This document shows positions 7,375 through 15,086 of a stretch of DNA of 20,000 bases, piece after piece. The notes beneath the pieces were generated by a model. That model had not been told where the DNA came from. It saw only the letters and a program-made list of their open reading frames with translations, and searched no databases. Position 1 is the stretch's first letter. Each line of letters starts with the position of its first letter. Origin of the DNA: an uncultured virus (IMG/VR IMGVR_UViG_3300048599_000797) (lineage: Duplodnaviria > Heunggongvirae > Uroviricota > Caudoviricetes). The position numbers and the translations under genes were made by a program. Location: the IMG/VR virus record IMGVR_UViG_3300048599_000797. One strand, written 5' to 3'.

Positions 7375-7664
7375 CACCCCTCCCCGGCCTGCTCGCCCTT
7401 CGCTAAAGCGGCCTCGACCGCCTCGGCCCAGGCCGTGTACTTGTGCTCGGCCTCCTTGAACGATTCGTAATACCGCTTCCGTTGCTGGTCTGAGTAGCGT
7501 CCCCAGCGGTTCTCGCCGCGTTGGCACTTGTATGCTTGCGTGGCGTGCTTCTGCGCGAGCTTGCGCAGGTAGATCGCCAGGTGAAACAGCGGCTGCGACA
7601 TGAGCGCTCGGCCGCATTGCGGGCAGAACGGGGTGTCGCGATTCTTCTTGCAGCATTGGACCAT
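7374..7664 (-). CDS. Zn-ribbon hypothetical protein (96 aa)
   Basis: TGATG overlap at 7664; MVQCC...TPFCPQCG. Confidence 0.72.
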   Translation of the reverse strand: MVQCCKKNRDTPFCPQCGRALMSQPLFHLAIYLRKLAQKHATQAYKCQRGENRWGRYSDQQRKRYYESFKEAEHKYTAWAEAVEAALAKGEQAGEG

Positions 7665-7921
7665 CAATGCACCTCGCCTTCGGCCTTGGCGGCGATCTCC
7701 ACCGCGAATCCGCACCACTCCGACGGGATCAGCTTCCGCTGGTCCGCGGTCAACGGGCGGTTCGGCTGGACGTGCAGGACGCCCGATCGGGCCTTTACCC
7801 ACTTTCCGTTGACGCATCGGCTCGTGGTGTACCCGACCATAGACGAGATCCCGAGGCGGGATAGCTCATCGAGGAGCGAGCAACAGGCGCGGTCGCGTTT
7901 CGTGCGTACGTAGGATTTCAT
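7664..7921 (-). CDS. Hypothetical protein (85 aa)
   Basis: Translationally coupled on both sides (ATGA and TGATG). Confidence 0.7.
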   Translation of the reverse strand: MKSYVRTKRDRACCSLLDELSRLGISSMVGYTTSRCVNGKWVKARSGVLHVQPNRPLTADQRKLIPSEWCGFAVEIAAKAEGEVH

Positions 7922-8382
7922 GTGTGATGCTCTCCCTCAAGCAACAGCTCGCACCAATCGCAAATCCGGCCGGCGCACACGTCGCGGATGCCGTCCCAGT
8001 CGGCCGGGTAGTCCGGCCCAGCGCCGCGTTGCTCCGAGTGGAAGCTCACCTGGCCGGTAGGGAGATCCACGTACAGCACCCAGCGGTGGTAGCTCTGTTC
8101 CGGGTCGATCTTCCAGCCCCAACGAATGCCGAGCTCGGCCGCGTGCCGGCCCAGCACCTGGACCAGGTTGCCCATCGACCATTGCTTGCGGTCGTAGGCC
8201 ATGTCCCGGTACCGGCCTTTGCCAGCGATGCCGCCGCGGTAGACCTTGGCCCTGGCCGAGCACTTCTGCGCGCGAAACAGATTCAACGCCACGGCGCCAA
8301 CCGGTCCCAATTCTCCCAGGCGAGCATAAAGAGCCTTGGTCGCTTCGCCGTCGCTGGCCAGGTAGATCTGGTGAGGTGTCAT
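7918..8382 (-). CDS. Conserved phage protein, WDGH-like domain
   Basis: VLYVDLPTGQVSFH...DWDG motif; coupled overlaps. Confidence 0.75.
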   Translation of the reverse strand: MTPHQIYLASDGEATKALYARLGELGPVGAVALNLFRAQKCSARAKVYRGGIAGKGRYRDMAYDRKQWSMGNLVQVLGRHAAELGIRWGWKIDPEQSYHRWVLYVDLPTGQVSFHSEQRGAGPDYPADWDGIRDVCAGRICDWCELLLEGEHHT

Positions 8383-8681
8383 AATCGACGCTGCCCCTTC
8401 CTCGCCATCTCCCGGCGCTCGGCCCGCTCAGCGTTGATCTCCGGCGAGCGGTAGCCGACGTCGCCGTCGTCCTGACCGTCAAACTCCCGCTTGCAGTTGG
8501 CACACCAGAAATTCCGCGGCCCGTCGGGGTGCACATGCTTGTCGGTCTTGCACCAAGGGCAGGGCGGGATCGGGGGCGGATCGTCGCTCGGCCGCGGCCG
8601 TGGGCAGCGGGGGCAACCGTGGTCCCCCTGCTCGTCCTCGGGCTCGGAGAAGAATCTGCGGTGGATCGGGCACCATCCCAT
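8379..8681 (-). CDS. Small double Zn-ribbon protein (100 aa)
   Basis: CPIH...CPRC and CPWC...CANC; GAGG RBS. Confidence 0.78.
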   Translation of the reverse strand: MGWCPIHRRFFSEPEDEQGDHGCPRCPRPRPSDDPPPIPPCPWCKTDKHVHPDGPRNFWCANCKREFDGQDDGDVGYRSPEINAERAERREMARKGQRRL

Positions 8682-8684
8682 GGC

Positions 8685-9578
8685 TCACCTCTCTGCGTAG
8701 CTGGGTCCGTTGATGATCAACACCTCGGGGGCCTCCTTCAGTTGGCTCCCTCGCCCGTTTTGCACATGCAGGTTCTTCTGCCGTGTCTTCTCGACAAAGG
8801 TCCACCCTTGGTAGAGATCACGCACTCGCGGGCTGTCGTAGTAGCTGATTACGATCCGCGCCCGCTTGTACCCAGAGACGATATCCCGCAGGCGAACGTG
8901 ATCGTCTCCAAACAGCTGATCATCGTGGCTAAACTCATGCAGGTACTTGTGATCAGGCCCCTTGCCCTTGCGGTAACCGCTGCGCGTGTCCGCCAGGTAT
9001 GGAGGGTCGAGATAGATGGCGGTTTTCGGCGAATCCTCAAAGCGGTCGAGGATGGCGAACGCGTCTCGCTGGAGAATTACCACGTTTTGCAGCCGTACGT
9101 GCCAAGCAGGAAGCGACTCGACGGCGTTTCTCCAGCGGACCGTGGGAGACCCGCCGTTATTTGTCCATCGAACAGCCAGTTGATAGTCCACTCGCTTTGT
9201 CCCAGCGGTACCGTTGCGTCCCATCCATGAGGCGAGGAAACACCAGTACGCGCGGTTCAGTGGATCCACTTCGGATTGCAGCGCCTGGCGGGCATCATTG
9301 AGTATCCCCTCGCAGACCAAGGCACGCTGAAGACGTCCGTACAACTCCGGTGCTTGGTCGCTCTGGATCACCCTCGCCAAGTTGACCAAGTCGCCGTGCA
9401 GATCGTTGACCGTTTCCTTCTGGCTCGGATCCTTTGCGAAGAGCACGGCCATCGAGCCGCAGAAAGGCTCGAAGTACTGCGAGTGCTTCCCAAGCTCGGC
9501 GACGATATCGGGCGCCATGGTCCGCTTTCCGCCGAACCACGGGACGATTGCTTTAACCTTCATTTCGCTTGTACTCAT
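8685..9578 (-). CDS. N6-adenine DNA methyltransferase, D12/Dam class
   Basis: PWFGGK, YFEPFCGS, ETVNDL and YLDPPY. The start is probably ATG 9578 after GGAGAACG; the ORF extends to 9602. Confidence 0.93.
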   Translation of the reverse strand: MSTSEMKVKAIVPWFGGKRTMAPDIVAELGKHSQYFEPFCGSMAVLFAKDPSQKETVNDLHGDLVNLARVIQSDQAPELYGRLQRALVCEGILNDARQALQSEVDPLNRAYWCFLASWMGRNGTAGTKRVDYQLAVRWTNNGGSPTVRWRNAVESLPAWHVRLQNVVILQRDAFAILDRFEDSPKTAIYLDPPYLADTRSGYRKGKGPDHKYLHEFSHDDQLFGDDHVRLRDIVSGYKRARIVISYYDSPRVRDLYQGWTFVEKTRQKNLHVQNGRGSQLKEAPEVLIINGPSYAER

Positions 9579-9611
9579 GTCGTTCTCCAGACTTGTGCTC
9601 ACAGACCATTC

Positions 9612-11453
9612 CTACGCCGCCTCCGTAATCGCCGCGCAGATCGCCCGCCCGAACACTGGCGGGACCGCATTCCCGATCAACTTCGTTTGCTCGGCGAGGG
9701 TTTTCGCACCATCCAGGCGATAGTCCGCAGGAAAACTCTGCGCGAGCAGTAGCTCCCGGTTGGTGAGCATGCGGAACCCAACGTCGTACACGCCTAACTC
9801 GGCCATGGTTTTGATCAGGCTCCGCATCTCTGGACTGTCGTCACCGAGCTCCGCAGCCCGGGCCGCAAGGTAGTTCCCGAGCTCGCCCGCGCACACGTGA
9901 GCCGTGGCCATGCCGAACCGGTCCTTGGTGGTGACAGTGTCCAGAGGATCGGAGGGATCCGTCGCACCTCCGGCGCCGTAGTACTTGGTCAGGAAGGGCA
10001 GGCACAAGCCTTTTCCGCGCACCGTCGTTACGGCCCCAAGTGGCCGATCAAGCGGTGCGCAGCGGTCGCCGGTCTTTCCGTCTTCTCCGTGGTTCACGTC
10101 GACCATGTACGGCGTCACGAGATGCCCAGGTGAATGGCTCGCGGTGACCGTGGGTACCGGATCGTCAATCGACCTGGCCGGCTTGTCCTGGCGGCAATCA
10201 TAAAACCCCTGGCGCGGCAGCAGAAACGGAGTCACAAGGCTGTTGCCGGGCTTGGTGACGATCGTCGGAACCGGTCTATCGATCGTGGTCGACGTGTCGT
10301 CCCTTCGTCGGTTGTGAATGTCGATCAGATAGGGTTGCACGATCGCGTGGTTCTCCCGAGCGGCCAGGATCGTGGGCACGGGCGCCTCGATCGGCCTGGT
10401 CAACCCTGGGTTTCTTCCCCTGGCCTTGAATTGGAAGGGCGCAACCAGGGCGTACCGCGGATTGGTATCGATCGTGGGGAACGGCTGAGAGACGTCACAT
10501 TGCCGCTCGGTGCCATCCCGCTCCGGGTCCGTGCCGCCGTGGTACTGGACCATGAACGGGGTGGCCATGGCCGTGTGCTGGCTCTTGGCGGTCACCGTAG
10601 GAACTGGCTGCCGAATGTCGGCTACGGTGCTCATGCCGTAGAGCTGGACCAGGTAAGACCTGGCTTGGCCGGCGAAACGCCTCAGCCCGACCTCGATTCT
10701 CCGTAGGGTCTTCGGTTTCAGCGGCCGCTTTCGGTCGAAAATCGAAGGCGATGGAAGCGACCAGTCGATGATCGACGCCGCCGGCGCCCACTGGTCTCGG
10801 TTGTGCGTCGGATCGGGCCAGGGGATGTCCTTGCACCGCACATCCTCCCGCTTGGCAATGATAAACAGCCGCTGACGCGTGGTCGCCGCGCCAAAATCGG
10901 CGGCGTTGAGAATCTGGTGATCCAGGCGGTAACCGATGCTTTCCAACGCCCGCACCCACTGGCGGAAGATCTCCCCTTTCCGTTGCGGGTCGGGGATCAT
11001 CCATGGCCGGCCCTTCCGGTCCAGCATCGGCCGCCCGTGCTTATCCCGCTTCTGAATCAGGGGCCCCCAGTCGCGGAACTCGCGGACGTTTTCCACGACC
11101 ACCCACTGCGGCCGCTTGCACTCGGTCCAGATCACCACGTGCCACGGTGTGGCACGTTTCTGGTCCTCGACGGGCTGACCGCCGCGGGCGATCGAGTGAT
11201 GCGTGCATTCGGGCGATGCCAGCAGGAGGTCGAGCTCGGGGAGCGTGTGATCGTTCCTCGGGTCCACGTCGTCGATCCGAGCACAAATCACCCGGGCCCC
11301 GGGATGGTTGGCCTGGAACGAGTACGCCGCCGGGCGCCAGTGGTTGACCGCCAACACCGTGCGCACGCGCCCGGATTCCTCGGCACCTTGGGAGAACCCG
11401 CCGAGACCGCAAAACAGGTCCGCCGCTGCAAAGATCTTTCGGCGTCGTGCCAT
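9612..11453 (-). CDS. C5-cytosine DNA methyltransferase with repeat-expanded variable region
   Basis: DLFCGLGG (I), SPEC (IV), VENV (VI), RQRLF (VIII), RMLTNREL..AQSFP (IX) and IGNAVPP (X). Confidence 0.95.
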   Translation of the reverse strand: MARRRKIFAAADLFCGLGGFSQGAEESGRVRTVLAVNHWRPAAYSFQANHPGARVICARIDDVDPRNDHTLPELDLLLASPECTHHSIARGGQPVEDQKRATPWHVVIWTECKRPQWVVVENVREFRDWGPLIQKRDKHGRPMLDRKGRPWMIPDPQRKGEIFRQWVRALESIGYRLDHQILNAADFGAATTRQRLFIIAKREDVRCKDIPWPDPTHNRDQWAPAASIIDWSLPSPSIFDRKRPLKPKTLRRIEVGLRRFAGQARSYLVQLYGMSTVADIRQPVPTVTAKSQHTAMATPFMVQYHGGTDPERDGTERQCDVSQPFPTIDTNPRYALVAPFQFKARGRNPGLTRPIEAPVPTILAARENHAIVQPYLIDIHNRRRDDTSTTIDRPVPTIVTKPGNSLVTPFLLPRQGFYDCRQDKPARSIDDPVPTVTASHSPGHLVTPYMVDVNHGEDGKTGDRCAPLDRPLGAVTTVRGKGLCLPFLTKYYGAGGATDPSDPLDTVTTKDRFGMATAHVCAGELGNYLAARAAELGDDSPEMRSLIKTMAELGVYDVGFRMLTNRELLLAQSFPADYRLDGAKTLAEQTKLIGNAVPPVFGRAICAAITEAA

Positions 11454-11456
11454 GCC

Positions 11457-11744
11457 CTAGTTCCTCCTCTGCTGCACGTTGCGGAAGATGGTTGCGGTTT
11501 CCGCTATCTTCATTGCCAGATTGGGCGAGTGGTCGCGGTCGGCAGGAAGTCCCCAGAGCGTGCAAAGCATCGCCGCCGTCAACCCCATGGCCGCGTCGGC
11601 GGCCGCGGCCAACACCCACCCCGGAATCTGGTCTGGAGAGCTCTGGTACCTCTCCATGACCTCGGCGCGGGCGATGTTGAATGCCGCAAGACATTCATCC
11701 CGAACATGTTTGAACTGCTCCGCTTCGATCTGCGTGTGTGGCAT
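11457..11744 (-). CDS. Hypothetical helical protein (95 aa)
   Basis: ATG 11744 follows GGAGAACGCA. The stop is 3 nt before the MTase start. Confidence 0.75.
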   Translation of the reverse strand: MPHTQIEAEQFKHVRDECLAAFNIARAEVMERYQSSPDQIPGWVLAAAADAAMGLTAAMLCTLWGLPADRDHSPNLAMKIAETATIFRNVQQRRN

Positions 11745-11821
11745 TGCGTTCTCCATTCTCGGGCCGGCCGGCGTTCCCTGCCGACCGTCCCGTGTCCATC
11801 CGCGGCCGCTGTCGTGCGACC

Positions 11822-12316
11822 TTACCGGGAAATCATCCGAGCCAAACGCTCGCTGTCGTCGAACACGGCGATCAGTCGCCCCACGGCGCGAGCCATGGCC
11901 ATGACGTCGCCGAGGCCGATTGCGTAGTTCGGCCCGAGGTGCTCGGTGAGCGCCTCGAGCTGCGGCGTGAGGTCCGCGTAACTCGGCGGAACATCCGACT
12001 CGGGCAGCATCTGCTGGCGCTCCAGGTCGTAGCCGACCATTCGGGCGAACACGCTGGTCAGCAGATCCAGGCCCTGCACCTGCATCAGCACGTTAAGCCG
12101 CAGCACGAGGAGGTCGTCGACGTGTTGCGGGCCGAGGCGTGGCGCCGAGGTCAGCAGCTCGGCGGCGCAGCGGATCCGCTCACGCAGGCCGGTCACGGTC
12201 CATGTGGGCGTGCCGATCTCGCGGTACTCTTGGAGCGTGTCCAGCAGCTCGAGAAACACGCTGGGATAGGCGTATTTCAGGCGCTGCACCAGGTCGACAA
12301 AATCGTCGAGCTTCAT
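11822..12316 (-). CDS. Hypothetical helical protein (164 aa)
   Basis: ATGA overlap with the upstream gene; GGAGG RBS. Confidence 0.8.
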   Translation of the reverse strand: MKLDDFVDLVQRLKYAYPSVFLELLDTLQEYREIGTPTWTVTGLRERIRCAAELLTSAPRLGPQHVDDLLVLRLNVLMQVQGLDLLTSVFARMVGYDLERQQMLPESDVPPSYADLTPQLEALTEHLGPNYAIGLGDVMAMARAVGRLIAVFDDSERLARMISR

Positions 12317-13635
12317 TCCTCCACCTCCGCCGGCTCCTCGTCCATGTCGGCGAAGTAGTCGTCGTCCAGGGGATCATCGACGAACTCGGCGTCCTCCGTT
12401 TCGTCGAGCTCCTGGTCGGCGGCGTCCTCGAGCTCCTCGTCGGTCGGCTCGGCATCGTCGTCGTCCTGATCCTGGGCCGCGGCGAAGGGCGACTCGATCC
12501 CGTGCTCCCTGCAGAACACCTCGAGCACCGCGGCCGTTTTTTGGGCCGTCGGCCCGCCCACCGCATCGAGCGACTCGAAACGGTTGCCGGCCTGCACCCA
12601 GGCGTAGACCTCACCCATCGTCGTGAGCTGGGCCTTCTCCAGGGCCGTGCGGGCCCGCTTGCAGAAGCCGCTGTCGTCGAGCGCGATCTGCTCCCAGTTG
12701 GCCGGCGCCGCCGGCTGGCGGGAGCCTTTCACGATCTCGGCGAACTCGAGCAGAATCTGCGCCTGGTCGCCGTTGATCCCCGGAATGTCGAGGAAGGTGA
12801 ACCCGGCCGAGTGCCAATCCACCGCCTGCTCGGGCGTCGTGATGCCCTGCGACTCGAGGTAGCTGAACGTGGCCGGCTGAAGTCCCGAGGGCCACTGCAG
12901 GCCGGGCTCCGGCTCGGCGGCCGACTCTGGGGCCGGCGCGCCGCCGCGGGCGGACTCCAGGGCGGCCTTATCACGGTTCGCGCTGAGCCAGTTGAGCACC
13001 GCCTCCTCGATCCGATCGGCGTTGCCCTGGCCGATCCCGTTGAGGCTCGTCAGGCCGGCGCCTGCCCGCAGATCCTCGAGCTCGCCGATCGTGCTCACGC
13101 CGCCCTCGTGGAGCAGATCCACCTGGCGTTCGTTGAGCGTGAGCTCCTCGATCGTCACCAGACGCCACGAGTTGTCCACCGGTTCGCTGGCCGCCGTGGG
13201 AGCTGCCGGTGCCTCCTCGCCGAACGGCAGTTGCCGCTGCGGGTCGGGCTTGGGCGGCAAGGCCGGGCCGCGGCGGATCAGGTCGCGGAGGTATTCGTCG
13301 GCGCGTTCGAATCGCTTCTTCGCGTTCTTGTGCTCCTCGGCGGCCTCCTCCATCTCCGCTTCGCGCTCCGCCACCTCGCGCTCCTGCTCCTTGATGGCCT
13401 CGTAGTGATCGCGCTCGGCCTTGTCCCAGGCAGCGGCCTCGTCCTGCTCGGCGACGTTGTCCTCCTCGGCGGCTGGTTCGGCTTCGGCGGCGACTTCAGG
13501 CACCTCGGCCGCAGTGGCTTCTGCGGACGCTTCCGGGGATTCGACGTGCTCCTCGGCCGGCGCGTCAACGACCTGCGTCTCCACCTGGTTCTGCTCTTCG
13601 GATTCGACTTCCACGGGGGTTTCGACTTCACTCAT
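12313..13635 (-). CDS. Acidic protein with coiled coil and three RNA polymerase alpha-CTD-like (helix-hairpin-helix) domains
   Basis: AAGGAG RBS. TIEELTLNERQVDLLHEGGVSTIGEL...LTSLNGIG..NADRIEE resembles alpha-CTD, and two further copies follow. Confidence 0.75.
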   Translation of the reverse strand: MSEVETPVEVESEEQNQVETQVVDAPAEEHVESPEASAEATAAEVPEVAAEAEPAAEEDNVAEQDEAAAWDKAERDHYEAIKEQEREVAEREAEMEEAAEEHKNAKKRFERADEYLRDLIRRGPALPPKPDPQRQLPFGEEAPAAPTAASEPVDNSWRLVTIEELTLNERQVDLLHEGGVSTIGELEDLRAGAGLTSLNGIGQGNADRIEEAVLNWLSANRDKAALESARGGAPAPESAAEPEPGLQWPSGLQPATFSYLESQGITTPEQAVDWHSAGFTFLDIPGINGDQAQILLEFAEIVKGSRQPAAPANWEQIALDDSGFCKRARTALEKAQLTTMGEVYAWVQAGNRFESLDAVGGPTAQKTAAVLEVFCREHGIESPFAAAQDQDDDDAEPTDEELEDAADQELDETEDAEFVDDPLDDDYFADMDEEPAEVEE

Positions 13636-13680
13636 CGATACAGCTCCTTGGGGTTGCGCTCGGCTTCCTCGCCGAGCAGG

Positions 13681-13872
13681 TTACAGTTCATCCACGGGAC
13701 CGAGTAAACGGCGCTTCTCGGACCACGCTCGGCGGTAGATAGCATCCAGGTCCGAGTTCTGGGGGAACCCGAGACGAACCATCACGATCACAAAATCGAT
13801 GTCGCGCTGCGCACGCTCGAGGCGTGCGGCGGGCTGTACTGGCCATCGACTGGGTGAGGAAATGCGGTTCAT
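13681..13872 (-). CDS. Small hypothetical protein (63 aa)
   Basis: TGATG overlap at 13872; MNRISSPSRW... Confidence 0.6.
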   Translation of the reverse strand: MNRISSPSRWPVQPAARLERAQRDIDFVIVMVRLGFPQNSDLDAIYRRAWSEKRRLLGPVDEL

Positions 13873-14129
13873 CAGTTGGTCCCTTTTGCTTTGCGGAGAC
13901 GCGAGGCCTCCCAGATCGCGAACATCAGCAGATCGCCCAGCCCGCTTGCGGTGATCTGGTATCCCGCGGCTTGTGACTTCGCGTCTTCGACGGCCTTGGT
14001 CGCGGTGAGGTAGGCACTCTCGGCGACCGCGAGCCACTCGTGCTCGGGCATCTCGATCAGCCGCTGCTTGATGCGTGTTACCGCCTCAAGGCCGCTGCGC
14101 AGCAGTTCCTGAACTTCAGCTTCGGTCAT
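13872..14129 (-). CDS. Hypothetical helical protein (85 aa)
   Basis: GGAGGA RBS; overlaps the end of the initiator gene. Confidence 0.75.
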   Translation of the reverse strand: MTEAEVQELLRSGLEAVTRIKQRLIEMPEHEWLAVAESAYLTATKAVEDAKSQAAGYQITASGLGDLLMFAIWEASRLRKAKGTN

Positions 14130-15024
14130 GGAGATCCTCCGTCTCTGGCAGCGCGATCCGGGTCGCCGCCAACAGTTGGTGCAGATTGACGCCGGCTTTC
14201 GAGGCCTCGGCCTTGATCACCGTCATGAGGTAGCCGACCGGCCGGGTTACGGGCTCTTCGCTGGTGTTGCGGCGCAGACTCAGGGCCTGCAGGCCGGAGT
14301 CGATCCAAGCCTCGGGGATCTGCCCGGTGACCATCAGGCTCCCGAGCTTCAGGAGGGTGAGCCGATCCTGCGCCCGAAAATGCTTGTTGATCAACCCGCC
14401 CCCCAGCGGTCGGAACTTGCGGAGTGCGGCCGCCACGGCCTCCTCGCTCGCGCACGCGTCTTTCTTGGATAACGTATGTAAATGGTCCTCACCTCTCCTC
14501 TCCTCACCGTCTGGTTGTGGTTGTGGTTGTGGTTGTGGAGAGGGCAAAACCTCCGCATTTGCTCCGCCTGATACTCCGCACGGCTGCGGAGTATTTGCGG
14601 AGTTTTTCTCCGCACCACTGCGGAGGTTTTGCGGAGTATTTTTCCGCGTCTTCACCGCACGAGCGTCGGCTTTCTTCCGCTTGGCGTCGGCAATTCGCCG
14701 CTTCGACGAGTTGGTGAACCACTTCTCGTAGTGCGGCATGACCGTGTCGCTGCCGTCGAAGTGCAGCCACCCCATAGGGTTTTCCGCGCTCTTCGTCACC
14801 CGCGCGATGGTCTCCCAGTACTCGGCCGTGCCTCCCAGCCGAGACGCCAGCCCCTTGGCCTGCACATTGCGATAGCGGCCGTCGGTGGTGTGCCGGTCCA
14901 TCAATCGCCAGAACAAGAACCAGCGGAAGAACACGGTTTCCACGGACTCACCAGTCGCCTCGACGATGGCGATGAATTCAGGCTTGTCGGGGAGGTCGTG
15001 ATCAAGAGGCAGCCAGTCGGCCAT
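14116..15024 (-). CDS. Phage replication initiator / replisome organizer-like protein
   Basis: MADWLPLDHDLPDKPE...FWRLMD.HTTDG N-terminal domain, basic helix (SKRRIADAKRK), repeat-encoded linker and PQPQ/EERRGE linker. Located just after RecT. Confidence 0.75.
   Translation of the reverse strand: MADWLPLDHDLPDKPEFIAIVEATGESVETVFFRWFLFWRLMDRHTTDGRYRNVQAKGLASRLGGTAEYWETIARVTKSAENPMGWLHFDGSDTVMPHYEKWFTNSSKRRIADAKRKKADARAVKTRKNTPQNLRSGAEKNSANTPQPCGVSGGANAEVLPSPQPQPQPQPDGEERRGEDHLHTLSKKDACASEEAVAAALRKFRPLGGGLINKHFRAQDRLTLLKLGSLMVTGQIPEAWIDSGLQALSLRRNTSEEPVTRPVGYLMTVIKAEASKAGVNLHQLLAATRIALPETEDLHDRS
14512..14538. repeat. (TGGTTG)x4.5 tandem repeat encoding PQPQPQPQP
   Basis: Directly visible in the sequence. 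Confidence 0.9.
14544..14648. repeat. Iteron-like TGCGGAG/CTCCGCA cluster; putative replication origin
   Basis: CTCCGCA at 14551, 14574 and 14608; TGCGGAG at 14585, 14596, 14619 and 14630; degenerate copies at 14562 and 14642. Confidence 0.75.
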
Positions 15025-15086
15025 ATCGCGTGTCTCCGTTCAAATGGGCCCGCCATGGCCCACGCGCGGCTCCGTCCGAACGCGGA

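Noticed and set aside
3596..9000. Additional clamp-like motifs (EEQLF, DDQLF, MTSLF, TPLF) in several small proteins
   Set aside because: Too short and degenerate to distinguish from chance without conservation data.
14512..14648. Possible CRISPR or mini-array
   Set aside because: Units are 6-7 bp in mixed orientation without unique spacers, and lie inside a CDS.
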